From a virus (Duplodnaviria; Caudoviricetes), in IMG/VR virus record IMGVR_UViG_3300017764_000001: 64,000 bases of DNA. The stretch is one strand, 5' to 3'. The position numbers and the translations under genes are program-made. The first letter of the stretch is position 1; each line of letters begins with the position of its first letter. The notes beneath the pieces were generated by a model. That model saw nothing but the letters and a program-made list of their open reading frames with translations. It ran no database searches and was not told where the DNA came from. Below are positions 1 through 8,633 of this stretch, one piece after another.

Positions 1-1
1 T

Positions 2-112
2 GAAATTGCAACTCAAAATCATGATGTAACTTTAGATTATGATTATTCTGGAGGTTCAGAAAATTTTCATTCAGGACCTGGTGGTTGGAATTCGGGAAAT
101 GGAAGGGGGTAG
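2..112 (+). CDS. 3' end of a hypothetical protein (partial, starts before the window)
   Basis: Open frame EIATQNHDVTLDYDYSGGSENFHSGPGGWNSGNGRG* ending at TAG 110-112, just before the next ATG. Confidence 0.5.
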   Translation, partial: EIATQNHDVTLDYDYSGGSENFHSGPGGWNSGNGRG

Positions 113-117
113 TTTGT

Positions 118-789
118 ATGAAAAAAATTATTGCGTCCCTGGTTGCTGCGGCAGCGGTTGCCCTACCTGTCCATTCAGACCCTCTCCAAGAAAATGAATA
201 TAATACTCATCATTCTATGGGGTGTATGTTACTAAAGGAATGTGCAGATGGAGTCAAACAAGTTACTAATCTTTTGGATATTTCTAGTGAGTATTCCAAT
301 ACTGACGATTTTTATCCTGTTGCTAATGAATTCAACAATATGCTTGTCTCTCTTAGGCAAGTCGGAGTTGGGGTGTTTTTAGCAGACTCCAAGTATTTTC
401 CTGTTGGTCATCGTGGTGTTTATCATACGGTGGGAAATAATTTCTTTTTAAATCGAGAATACATGGATCGTCCTAATATTCTTATGCAAGTGATGCGACA
501 TGAAGGATGGCACGCCGCACAGGATTGTATGGCAGGAACTATTGATAATAGTCTTATTGCTATCATCAAACCTGAAGAAGATGTGCCTATGATTTGGCGT
601 GTATTGGCAGAAAGAACATATCCCGAACATGCAGTTCCTTGGGAAGCAGAAGCAGGTTGGGCAGGACGCACTGAGGGTATGACTAAAGATGCACTTGCTG
701 CCTGTGCAAAGGGAAAGATGTGGGAAGTTTATGAACCAACACCACTGACTCGAAAGTACCTTATTGACGAGGGTTATATTACTAAATAA
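118..789 (+). CDS. Secreted cyanophage protein with HExxH zinc-metallopeptidase-like motif
   Basis: Signal-peptide-like MKKIIASLVAAAAVALPVHS from ATG 118, preferred over the track start at 85; motif MRHEGWHAAQDC and a downstream WEAEA. Confidence 0.7.
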   Translation: MKKIIASLVAAAAVALPVHSDPLQENEYNTHHSMGCMLLKECADGVKQVTNLLDISSEYSNTDDFYPVANEFNNMLVSLRQVGVGVFLADSKYFPVGHRGVYHTVGNNFFLNREYMDRPNILMQVMRHEGWHAAQDCMAGTIDNSLIAIIKPEEDVPMIWRVLAERTYPEHAVPWEAEAGWAGRTEGMTKDALAACAKGKMWEVYEPTPLTRKYLIDEGYITK

Positions 790-809
790 TTCTGCCTTAC
801 TCTCTACAT

Positions 810-1112
810 ATGGCTGATACTAAACCAGCAGTAGAGAAGGCAGACGATGATGATAAATCTGAAGTTCTTGGTAATTTGGTGAAAGTCGTAGTGCTTATTT
901 GGTCTGCCTCTCTTCTCACATTCAGTTACGTTCGACTTCCAAATGGTCAAAAGATTTTAGATTTTGATCCAACATTTATTGCATCTGTATTTTCTGGATC
1001 TTTAGCTGCGTTCGGACTTTCTCCTGCTAAAAATGGTGGTAATGGTAAACCAAATAATACTTCTAAGAAAGAAGAATTACCGGTAGTATCTGCTATCGAA
1101 CCCAAAAAGTAA
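810..1112 (+). CDS. Hypothetical two-TM membrane protein
   Basis: ORF with two hydrophobic segments; CTAAATA late-promoter-like motif at 782-788. Confidence 0.7.
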   Translation: MADTKPAVEKADDDDKSEVLGNLVKVVVLIWSASLLTFSYVRLPNGQKILDFDPTFIASVFSGSLAAFGLSPAKNGGNGKPNNTSKKEELPVVSAIEPKK

Positions 1113-1115
1113 GCA

Positions 1116-1745
1116 ATGTCTTGGACTCCTGATCACATGAAAGACCAAAAAATAGAAACACCTACATCAACTAAGAATCCATTTAAGTGGGTTCTTCTTG
1201 GTGTGGGTGGTTTGGTTGCAATTGCACATATTGGTGCTCTTGGTCATTTGATGAAGATGACTGAAAAATATGCTGATCGTCCACAATATCCTGCAATTAA
1301 TCTTCCTACCGGGCAGTACTCTTCTTATGATGTAAAAGTTGGGAAAGATGGATATGAAGTTAGATATAATGCTAATGATCCCAAGGTATTAGTTACTGAA
1401 AAGAATTTAGATCTAGAAAGTCATAAAAAAGGATTTTTTGGTGGAACTCAGAGTGTAGATAAAACTGAGTCTACCCGAAAAGAATATACAATGTTTAATG
1501 AATCAAATGGAGGACCAGACTCTGAGGGAAAGTTGACTGCCGAAAAGTTAGCGTGTATCAAGTCGGAAGGTTCTGGAGAGTCAACCGGTGCGATCGTGGG
1601 AGCTAGTATGACTGGTGGTCTTGCTCCAGTGTTGAGTGGTATACCTTATATTGGATGGTTAGCTGCCGGTTGGGCAACTATGTTAGGTTCTAAAGTTGGA
1701 GGTGATCTTGGTGGAGAGGTCGCAAAATCTGTCAGTGGTTGCTAA
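1116..1745 (+). CDS. Hypothetical membrane protein with C-terminal glycine-zipper-like region
   Basis: N-terminal TM; C-terminal GAIVGASMTGG...LAAGWATMLGSKVGGDLGG. Confidence 0.7.
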   Translation: MSWTPDHMKDQKIETPTSTKNPFKWVLLGVGGLVAIAHIGALGHLMKMTEKYADRPQYPAINLPTGQYSSYDVKVGKDGYEVRYNANDPKVLVTEKNLDLESHKKGFFGGTQSVDKTESTRKEYTMFNESNGGPDSEGKLTAEKLACIKSEGSGESTGAIVGASMTGGLAPVLSGIPYIGWLAAGWATMLGSKVGGDLGGEVAKSVSGC

Positions 1746-1803
1746 CAAATAGGAAGTTATATCTAGTAAAAAGTAACTAGATAGTGTAGTCGAGTTAACG
1801 AAT

Positions 1804-2127
1804 ATGAAGTTCTTTTTTGCACTTCTCGCTACATTATTTCTTGCTGCTCCGGCATGGGCAGTCGATGTAACCATGGGATCTGGGGGTAATCTTGTATTTG
1901 ATCCTGCCGAAGTAACTATTAACGTCGGTGAATCAGTTCATTTTGTAAATGGTATGCTTCCTCCACATAATGTTATTGTTGAAGGTCGTCCCGATTTAGG
2001 TCACGAATCCCTGGCAATGTTACCTGGTGAAGAGTTTGATATTGCATTTTCTGATCCTGGTGACTATACTTATTGGTGTGCCCCTCATAAAGGTGCGGGC
2101 ATGATTGGAACAGTACACGTTAATTGA
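1804..2127 (+). CDS. petE: Plastocyanin
   Basis: Signal peptide; type-1 copper ligands PHNV and YWCAPHKGAGM. Confidence 0.97.
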   Translation: MKFFFALLATLFLAAPAWAVDVTMGSGGNLVFDPAEVTINVGESVHFVNGMLPPHNVIVEGRPDLGHESLAMLPGEEFDIAFSDPGDYTYWCAPHKGAGMIGTVHVN

Positions 2128-2135
2128 GGTAATAA

Positions 2136-2429
2136 ATGGATTATACAATTACATGGAAATCATCTGACGGCACAGAAACCACTTTTCAATGTGCGGATGA
2201 TCAATATCTTTTAGAAGCTGCCGAAGATGCTGATATTGATGCACCGTCTTCATGCAAGGCAGGTGCTTGTTCTACATGTGCCGGTAAACTTGAAAGTGGA
2301 ACGGTGGATCAGGAGGAGCAATCTTTTCTTGATGATGATCAAATAGAAGAGGGATTTATCTTAACATGTGTATCATATCCAACAAGTGATTGTGTAGTGT
2401 TGGCAGAACAGGAGGAACATCTTTACTGA
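2136..2429 (+). CDS. petF: Plant-type [2Fe-2S] ferredoxin
   Basis: [10 protein letters not shown]...LTC cluster motif, 97 aa. Confidence 0.97.
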   Translation: MDYTITWKSSDGTETTFQCADDQYLLEAAEDADIDAPSSCKAGACSTCAGKLESGTVDQEEQSFLDDDQIEEGFILTCVSYPTSDCVVLAEQEEHLY

Positions 2430-2439
2430 GGTAATTAAA

Positions 2440-2943
2440 ATGAAAAGTTTTAATTCAATTATTTTAGATATCACTGTTTCAATTATAGATTTTCTTTATA
2501 AAGGAAGAGACTTTCAACGTTTTTGGGTTCTTGAAGAAATAGCAAGAGCTCCTTATTTTGCATTTTTAAGTGTCTTACATTTAAGAGAATCTCTAGGATT
2601 ACGTGGACCAGAACACATCTATCTAATGGAGGAACATTTTGCTCAAACACTTAACGAGACAGAACATCTGGAGTATATGGAATCTAGGGGTGGCAATTCT
2701 TATTGGGTGGATCGTTTTTTTGCCCGACACCTTGTACTTATCTACTATTGGGTCAACGTGGTTTATTATTGGGTGGATCCTCGCTCTGCTTACCATCTCT
2801 CCTATGAAGTAGAGATTCATGCAGCAGAAACATATGGAAAATATTTGGCACTCAATGGTCATGATGACAAGATCCTTGAGATCTTAAATGATGAACTTGA
2901 GCATTCAAGAGAACTACATAAAGCAATGGAAATTATTAAATGA
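2440..2943 (+). CDS. ptox: Plastoquinol terminal oxidase (short phage-type PTOX)
   Basis: LEEIARAPYFAF, NETEHL, EVEIHA and DELEH di-iron carboxylate motifs. Confidence 0.93.
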   Translation: MKSFNSIILDITVSIIDFLYKGRDFQRFWVLEEIARAPYFAFLSVLHLRESLGLRGPEHIYLMEEHFAQTLNETEHLEYMESRGGNSYWVDRFFARHLVLIYYWVNVVYYWVDPRSAYHLSYEVEIHAAETYGKYLALNGHDDKILEILNDELEHSRELHKAMEIIK

Positions 2944-3977
2944 AAGTAGGAATTATAGGACTTGGTAGAATGGGTGAGGGCATGTCTCGCCGCATGATGA
3001 AAGCAGGTATTGAAACTTGGGGATATAGGAGAAACTATGAAAAAGCTCAAGAAGCATATGAAAAGGGTTATGTCAGTGGAGTTGCCACTTCTTTGGAAAA
3101 CCTTGTTCAAGTAGTTCATAATCAGGAAGGTATTATTGGTAAAGCACCAGGTATCTTTCAACTTGTTATTCCAGCAGAATTAGTAGAGGACACACTTAAT
3201 GAGTTACTACCATTACTTGGCGACGGGGATATTATTATTGACCATGGCAATAGCAACTTTAAAGATTCTCGACGGAGAGCAGAAAGGTTGGAAAAGTTGG
3301 GCATCCAATATATTGACTGTGGTACTAGTGGTGGAGTTTACGGTTTGGAGCGTGGATACTGTCTTATGGTTGGTGGTGCAAGTGGCGCAGTATCTGTCTG
3401 TGCCCCCATTTTCAGGGCACTGGCACCTGGCATTGCCTCTGCACCCCGCACTGACCCTTACACAAACGCAACATCTGCTGAGTATGGTTGGTTACACTGT
3501 GGTGGACCAGGTGCAGGCCATTTTGTAAAAATGGTTCATAATGGAGTTGAATATGGAATCATGCAAGCGTATGCCGAAGGGTTTAATATTCTCCATCATG
3601 GTGATCTTGGTTCCAAATATGTTAAGGAAGGGGATGCTGAGATTGCTCCGATGGAAAACCCGGCAGATTATCAATATGATATTGATGTTGTTGAGGTGGC
3701 TGAGCTTTGGCGTCGCGGTTCTGTTGTTGGCAGTTGGTTACTTGATCTTACCGCTGATGTATTACGGCACGATAATCACCTTAGCAAATTCGATGGAGGA
3801 GTATCAGATAGTGGTGAAGGTCGTTGGACTCTTCACGCTGCTGTGGATCTCGGTGTACCAACCCCTGTTATATCTGCTGCCCTATTTGAAAGATTCAATT
3901 CAAGGAGACTTGGAGAATTTGGAAATAAAATCTTAAACGGAATGCGATATATGTTTGGAGGTCACAATGTCCGATAA
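2940..3977 (+). CDS. gnd: 6-phosphogluconate dehydrogenase (short, decarboxylating)
   Basis: GIIGLGRMG Rossmann motif, IIDHGNS, GAGHFVKMVHNGVEYG, DSGEGRW. Confidence 0.97.
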   Translation: MKVGIIGLGRMGEGMSRRMMKAGIETWGYRRNYEKAQEAYEKGYVSGVATSLENLVQVVHNQEGIIGKAPGIFQLVIPAELVEDTLNELLPLLGDGDIIIDHGNSNFKDSRRRAERLEKLGIQYIDCGTSGGVYGLERGYCLMVGGASGAVSVCAPIFRALAPGIASAPRTDPYTNATSAEYGWLHCGGPGAGHFVKMVHNGVEYGIMQAYAEGFNILHHGDLGSKYVKEGDAEIAPMENPADYQYDIDVVEVAELWRRGSVVGSWLLDLTADVLRHDNHLSKFDGGVSDSGEGRWTLHAAVDLGVPTPVISAALFERFNSRRLGEFGNKILNGMRYMFGGHNVR

Positions 3978-4053
3978 AATCTATTGGATCTGCCGCAAAT
4001 GTGGTGGTAAAGGATGTCAACACTGTAATAAAGGTTGGGAAAATGTTTGGTGA
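3967..4053 (+). CDS. 28-aa four-cysteine microprotein (not in the ORF track)
   Basis: ATG 3967 overlaps the gnd stop; MSDKIYWICRKCGGKGCQHCNKGWENVW*. Confidence 0.5.
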   Translation: MSDKIYWICRKCGGKGCQHCNKGWENVW

Positions 4054-4148
4054 AGCACTTAAATGGTTGGCCATCCCGTTTGTATTATCCACTATATATT
4101 TCGGGTTACGAAAAGGTGAAAATGTCTATTATGAATCCGACAAATACG

Positions 4149-5495
4149 ATGGAAATGGAACAGCACATTAGTAAACGCATAGTTATATTTGGAGCGGCAG
4201 GAGATCTTTGTAAAAGAAAACTTATTCCTTCACTCTATGAGTTATGGAAAAAAAATTTACTTCCTGAAGGATTATTGATCGTTGGTTCTTCTCGCAGAGA
4301 AATTTCTAGAGATGAATGGTTACGTCATTTAGGTGAATACCCACAAGATTTTTGCCATTGGTTGGATTTTGTATCTTGTGATTTGGAATGTGAAGAAAGT
4401 CTAATGAAATTGCATGATCAGAGTGCTGACACCACATATTTCTTATCTGTACCACCAAATACTTATGCTAGTGCAATCACTCACCTTAAGTCAGCAGGAT
4501 TTTTAGATGACCCAGAAAGATCGCGTGTGGTTATTGAAAAACCCTTTGGGTACGATTATGAATCTGCTGATAATTTACAGTCAGTGGTGGAGCGACATTT
4601 ACGCGAGAAACAAGTCTATCGCATTGATCATTATCTCGGTAAAGATACTGTTAATAATATCCTTGCCACTCGTTTTAGCAATACATTACTTGAACCACTC
4701 TGGAACCGGCAGTACATAGAAGAGGTTCAGATCTATGCGACAGAAACAATTGGTTGTGAAGGTCGTTCACAATACTATGATGGTTCTGGTGTTGTCAGAG
4801 ATATGCTTCAGAACCATATGCTTCAGGTTCTGGCATTAATTGCCATGGAAGCACCATGTAAAATGAATGCCACTGAGATCCGTAGAGAGAAGACGAAGGT
4901 ACTTGCGGCAACTAAACTAGGACATAAAGTTATTTTTGGTCAATATGAATCTTATAAATCTGAAGACGGTGTTGATTCTTTCAGTGACACTGCTACCTAT
5001 ATTGCTGGTGATTTATATATCGATAACTGGCGTTGGGAGGGAGTTCCTTTTCACTTCATGAGTGGAAAGAAAATGCCATATCAATGTGTCGAAGTTGTCG
5101 TCAAACTTAAGGCACCACCTCAACAATTGTTTGATGGACATGAATATAATGATCGTATCGTAATGCGTCTTCAACCACATCCACACTTTGATATCAGAAT
5201 TGATATGAAGGCACCGGGATTCAAAAATGATGTGGAGACAGCAACTCTGACTCATCGTTATCCTGATTGGTTAGGTGTTGATGGTTATGAAAAACTTTTA
5301 TTTGATGCTCTTCATAACGATCAATCTCATTTTGTTCATTCCGAAGAGGTTTTAGAATCTTGGAGAATTGTTGATGATTTATTGTGTGTGGGTGATAAGT
5401 GTCCTATCAGGACAGCACCATACATTTATCATGAAGGGCAATGGGGTCCAGTACATAAAACAAACTTCATAACAAATTGGGATTATCCGGCATGA
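4149..5495 (+). CDS. zwf: Glucose-6-phosphate 1-dehydrogenase
   Basis: IFGAAGDL, RVVIEKPFG, YRIDHYLGK, RDMLQNH, NWRWEGVPF; start likely ATG 4149 or 4155 rather than 4035. Confidence 0.97.
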   Translation: MEMEQHISKRIVIFGAAGDLCKRKLIPSLYELWKKNLLPEGLLIVGSSRREISRDEWLRHLGEYPQDFCHWLDFVSCDLECEESLMKLHDQSADTTYFLSVPPNTYASAITHLKSAGFLDDPERSRVVIEKPFGYDYESADNLQSVVERHLREKQVYRIDHYLGKDTVNNILATRFSNTLLEPLWNRQYIEEVQIYATETIGCEGRSQYYDGSGVVRDMLQNHMLQVLALIAMEAPCKMNATEIRREKTKVLAATKLGHKVIFGQYESYKSEDGVDSFSDTATYIAGDLYIDNWRWEGVPFHFMSGKKMPYQCVEVVVKLKAPPQQLFDGHEYNDRIVMRLQPHPHFDIRIDMKAPGFKNDVETATLTHRYPDWLGVDGYEKLLFDALHNDQSHFVHSEEVLESWRIVDDLLCVGDKCPIRTAPYIYHEGQWGPVHKTNFITNWDYPA

Positions 5496-5575
5496 CATTA
5501 TTGTTTGTAGTAACTTTTATTACAGTACTAATTGCTGGAATGCAGTTAACATGGCCAGGTAGATACCGAGGATAA
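5492..5575 (+). CDS. 27-aa single-TM peptide
   Basis: ATGA overlap with the zwf stop; MTLLFVVTFITVLIAGMQLTWPGRYRG*. Confidence 0.5.
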   Translation: MTLLFVVTFITVLIAGMQLTWPGRYRG

Positions 5576-5576
5576 C

Positions 5577-5735
5577 ATGCACTATGTACAGTTATTCGTA
5601 AGACATACAATGGAAAATCCTTTGGCATTAGGGTTTATGTCCTTTTGCCTTGTGTTTGTTCCTATCATAGGAATTTGGGCTATACATAATTATGGTTGGG
5701 AACACTGGGAACCATTCACCAAAAGTCACAAATGA
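5577..5735 (+). CDS. 52-aa membrane peptide
   Basis: MHYVQLFVRHTMENPLALGFMSFCLVFVPIIGIWAIHNYGWEHWEPFTKSHK*; tightly packed with its neighbours. Confidence 0.55.
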   Translation: MHYVQLFVRHTMENPLALGFMSFCLVFVPIIGIWAIHNYGWEHWEPFTKSHK

Positions 5736-5887
5736 AAGATGACGAAAAGAGAGAATTTTATAAATCCCTCAGGGAAAGAATCAAACAACTTAGAATGGAA
5801 CACTTGTTTGAAGAACCATGTCCTCTTTATGAACCAGACTGGGATGATGAAGAAGAACCTGATAATTTCATAGGTGAGAACATATGA
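5732..5887 (+). CDS. Small hypothetical protein
   Basis: ATGA overlap; MKDDEKREFYKSLRERI...; acidic tail. Confidence 0.6.
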   Translation: MKDDEKREFYKSLRERIKQLRMEHLFEEPCPLYEPDWDDEEEPDNFIGENI

Positions 5888-6096
5888 ACTATCAATTAAC
5901 ACTACTACTATGCTTTACACCACTTGTCGTTATCTACATAGTGTTAAAAATTGCAGTTTGGATTTCTGCCGTAAATGCTGAATCGGATTATGTCAGAAAA
6001 GAACCTTTACGGAAACGAGGACCCTACCTGGAAAACCCGTATGCAGACGTTGATGAGGAGGAAGAGGAATATGGAGACAGCACAGATTATCGATAA
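5884..6096 (+). CDS. Small membrane-anchored hypothetical protein
   Basis: N-terminal TM, acidic C-terminus, ATGA overlap. Confidence 0.65.
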   Translation: MNYQLTLLLCFTPLVVIYIVLKIAVWISAVNAESDYVRKEPLRKRGPYLENPYADVDEEEEEYGDSTDYR

Positions 6097-6220
6097 TGCT
6101 TTATATGAGTATTATTCTGAGAAGGGACTGGATGTTCCACATTGGAAGTGTAAAAAAAATCCTGATTGGTGGACGGAATATTTAATTTCTTTGGGATTAG
6201 ATCCGAATAATAAATTATGA
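6071..6220 (+). CDS. Small hypothetical protein
   Basis: METAQIIDNALYEYYSEKG...; GAGGA SD-like sequence upstream. Confidence 0.55.
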   Translation: METAQIIDNALYEYYSEKGLDVPHWKCKKNPDWWTEYLISLGLDPNNKL

Positions 6221-6438
6221 ATTTAATTCTTAGATCTCATGAAAATATAAATGACCCTGTTTGGAGTGTAATAATTTCTATAATTATACTTTTAATGGGA
6301 GTTGCATATATTATCGTCTATATATTGAGTATAGATGATAAAGAAGACCATGGGAGCAATGACACCCCCAAGTCGGAAGAGTTGTTACAACTTCCGAGTA
6401 GTGGAGATCAACAGAGTTCTGGACGGGGACACGATTGA
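6217..6438 (+). CDS. Small membrane protein; its tail overlaps the nuclease gene out of frame
   Basis: TM segment VWSVIISIIILLMGVAYIIVYIL. Confidence 0.5.
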   Translation: MNLILRSHENINDPVWSVIISIIILLMGVAYIIVYILSIDDKEDHGSNDTPKSEELLQLPSSGDQQSSGRGHD

Positions 6439-6811
6439 TGTTACTATCGATCTTGGATTTGACCTTTACAAGAAAGAGAGAGTTAGAATTGCAGGAGTGG
6501 ATACTCCAGAGAAGAGGACCAGAGATCTTGAGGAAAAGAAACTTGGAATTGACGCAACGAACTGGCTCAAAGAAAAATTGGAGGGTGCTATATCTGGTGA
6601 TGATGAGTTGTCTGTTAGGACTGAACTTGTTGGTGGCGTCGGCAAGTATGGTCGTCTTCTTGGCTGGCTTTACATCGGGGACGAGGAGTTGTCCCTCAAT
6701 GAACAAATGATCACCGAAGGATATGCCTGGGCATATGATGGTGGAACAAAACAGAAAGATTTTGAAGAACTACGTGAAATTCGTAGATCATATGGAACTT
6801 TAACGGAGTAA
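6350..6811 (+). CDS. Thermonuclease (SNase-like) family endonuclease
   Basis: RVLDGDTIDV, RIAGVDTPE, GKYGRLLG and LNEQMITEGYAWAY motifs. Confidence 0.88.
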   Translation: MGAMTPPSRKSCYNFRVVEINRVLDGDTIDVTIDLGFDLYKKERVRIAGVDTPEKRTRDLEEKKLGIDATNWLKEKLEGAISGDDELSVRTELVGGVGKYGRLLGWLYIGDEELSLNEQMITEGYAWAYDGGTKQKDFEELREIRRSYGTLTE

Positions 6812-6815
6812 AACA

Positions 6816-7067
6816 ATGCAAAAAGTAATCAATGTTCTCGCAGTTTTATCATTTGTTGGTGTGGCAGGTATCATCGGTGGTGGTACATATGTTTACACTC
6901 AACGTGATACACTGATTGAAAATGCAAAAGAAAAAATTGCATCGGCAGCAACAGAAGCAATTGCAGGAGCACTTCCTGGTATGCTAGAATCTGCCATGCC
7001 TGAACTTCCTGGCACAACTGGTGGTGCAATTCCAGGAGCAACAGGAGGAGGTATTCCTGGTTTCTGA
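6816..7067 (+). CDS. Hypothetical membrane-anchored protein
   Basis: N-terminal TM, Gly/Pro-rich tail. Confidence 0.7.
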   Translation: MQKVINVLAVLSFVGVAGIIGGGTYVYTQRDTLIENAKEKIASAATEAIAGALPGMLESAMPELPGTTGGAIPGATGGGIPGF

Positions 7068-7846
7068 TGCCGATCCCTGATATTAGAATTAATATAGGGG
7101 ATATTGGTATTAGAGAAATTTATATTCCCCGCAGTTTGACATCTGAGTCACCTTTAGCAGTACCAATATATCCCCCGGTAACAACAGAGATAGGAACTCC
7201 TATTGTCAATATTCCTGGATGTGTTGAAACGCATACAGATAGTGATAGAAATACTAATTTAAAAAATGAGGATGATAAAGGCACAATGACTCTGTGTGAT
7301 GCAGGGACACCAAGTTATTATCCGATAGATTATGATGCAAATAAGATTAAATTAGAGCAAGAGGCACCACCTCCACCTGCATATAAACCACCACCGAAAC
7401 CTGAAGTTCCAGAGGCACCGGCACCTAGAGTTCCTAAGACAGAGGCACCCATGCCTGAGTGTCCAACTAGAGCACAGCAATTAAAAGATCCTGTCGGAAA
7501 AATTGTAGAAGGAAATAAAAAATTAGTCGCATATGAAATGGTCGGGAAAGAATGTCTTCCCGTATTTGAGGATTTATCCATTCCCGATCAGATTATTCAG
7601 AACATACCATCACCAGGTATGGTGATTACTACTGCTTCAATTGCTGTGGTAGCGACGAGTTCTGCACTGCTCGCAAAACCTCTTGCTGATCTTTTGTTAA
7701 GAGTGGTGAAACCGACTGTGAAGAAGGTGATAAAGAAGATTGCTGCCTTACGGGGTAAGAAGACCCTGCAGGAATCTGTTTTTGAGAGGAGGCAGGAGCA
7801 GAAGGTGCGGAATCACGCGATCCGGAAACTGAAGGGGAAGGAATAG
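7067..7846 (+). CDS. Hypothetical proline-rich protein with C-terminal TM and basic tail
   Basis: PPPPAYKPPPKPEVP linker; TM near the C-terminus. Confidence 0.75.
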   Translation: MPIPDIRINIGDIGIREIYIPRSLTSESPLAVPIYPPVTTEIGTPIVNIPGCVETHTDSDRNTNLKNEDDKGTMTLCDAGTPSYYPIDYDANKIKLEQEAPPPPAYKPPPKPEVPEAPAPRVPKTEAPMPECPTRAQQLKDPVGKIVEGNKKLVAYEMVGKECLPVFEDLSIPDQIIQNIPSPGMVITTASIAVVATSSALLAKPLADLLLRVVKPTVKKVIKKIAALRGKKTLQESVFERRQEQKVRNHAIRKLKGKE

Positions 7847-8633
7847 AATGAACGTGTGGTGCAATAGCATTCTTATTCATCACTATCACATCGGCACATA
7901 CTCTCGCATATGGGCTCTTGGGATGAAAACGAATTCCTTTTTGTAATAATTCCCCACAATTCTTGAGTCTGGCTAATTCAAAGTCTAATCTTTTATTGGC
8001 AAGCATCTGACCTTGTAGTGCAATCTGAGTTTCTGCTGCTTGTTTACATCTTTCTTGTAATCCACCATCGAGTGGTATGGAAAGTGTTGCAGATAAACCA
8101 ATACTTGTACTACTGTTTCTTGTCATTCCGGTTCTGACTGGTTTCTGCCAGAGTTGTGAACCTGGATTATCAGGAACACCATCACCTTGCATTTCCATGA
8201 CAGTAATTGTCATGTCTGCACCATCTTCATATGCTCTTACAGTTTCACCATCAGCATTTGTATAAGTTCTATTATCATAATGATCTTCCCAAGGCCAGTT
8301 CTTGACATTTTTTTGTACTTCTACCATGCGACCTTCAAAGTCTCTAGCATCATATTGAGGTTCCATGTAGAAAGTTTCAAATGGATCCTTATCATTTTTT
8401 GCATGAGTAATATACGGAGTGAAATTGGCAGTTGGACCTTGACAACTGATTCCATTTCCGTATGTGTTAGTGATATATGGGCCTTGTAAAACCTGGATGG
8501 CTTGGTTGGTCACCGAGCCTGAACTATTAGCGATTGGATTTGCTGTTGCACTCACACCCCCTACATCTGCCGCCAGTGTGGCAGGGACAGTCGCAAGATT
8601 TGTTAGACATAAGATTACTGGGTAAAGATACTT
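7629..8633 (-). CDS. Secreted cyanophage hypothetical protein; start codon unresolved
   Basis: Signal-like KYLYPVILCLTNLATVPATLA then ADVGGVSATANPIANSSGSVTNQAIQVLQG. There is no in-frame ATG/GTG/TTG between 8906 and this segment. Confidence 0.7.
   Translation of the reverse strand, partial: KYLYPVILCLTNLATVPATLAADVGGVSATANPIANSSGSVTNQAIQVLQGPYITNTYGNGISCQGPTANFTPYITHAKNDKDPFETFYMEPQYDARDFEGRMVEVQKNVKNWPWEDHYDNRTYTNADGETVRAYEDGADMTITVMEMQGDGVPDNPGSQLWQKPVRTGMTRNSSTSIGLSATLSIPLDGGLQERCKQAAETQIALQGQMLANKRLDFELARLKNCGELLQKGIRFHPKSPYARVCADVIVMNKNAIAPHVHSIPSPSVSGSRDSAPSAPASSQKQIPAGSSYPVRQQSSLSPSSQSVSPLLTKDQQEVLRAVQNSSLPQQLKQ

Noticed and set aside
4035-4148. N-terminal extension of Zwf in the ORF track
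   Set aside because: Homology starts near MEQHISKRIVIFG; the upstream part overlaps the Cys microprotein and intergenic sequence.
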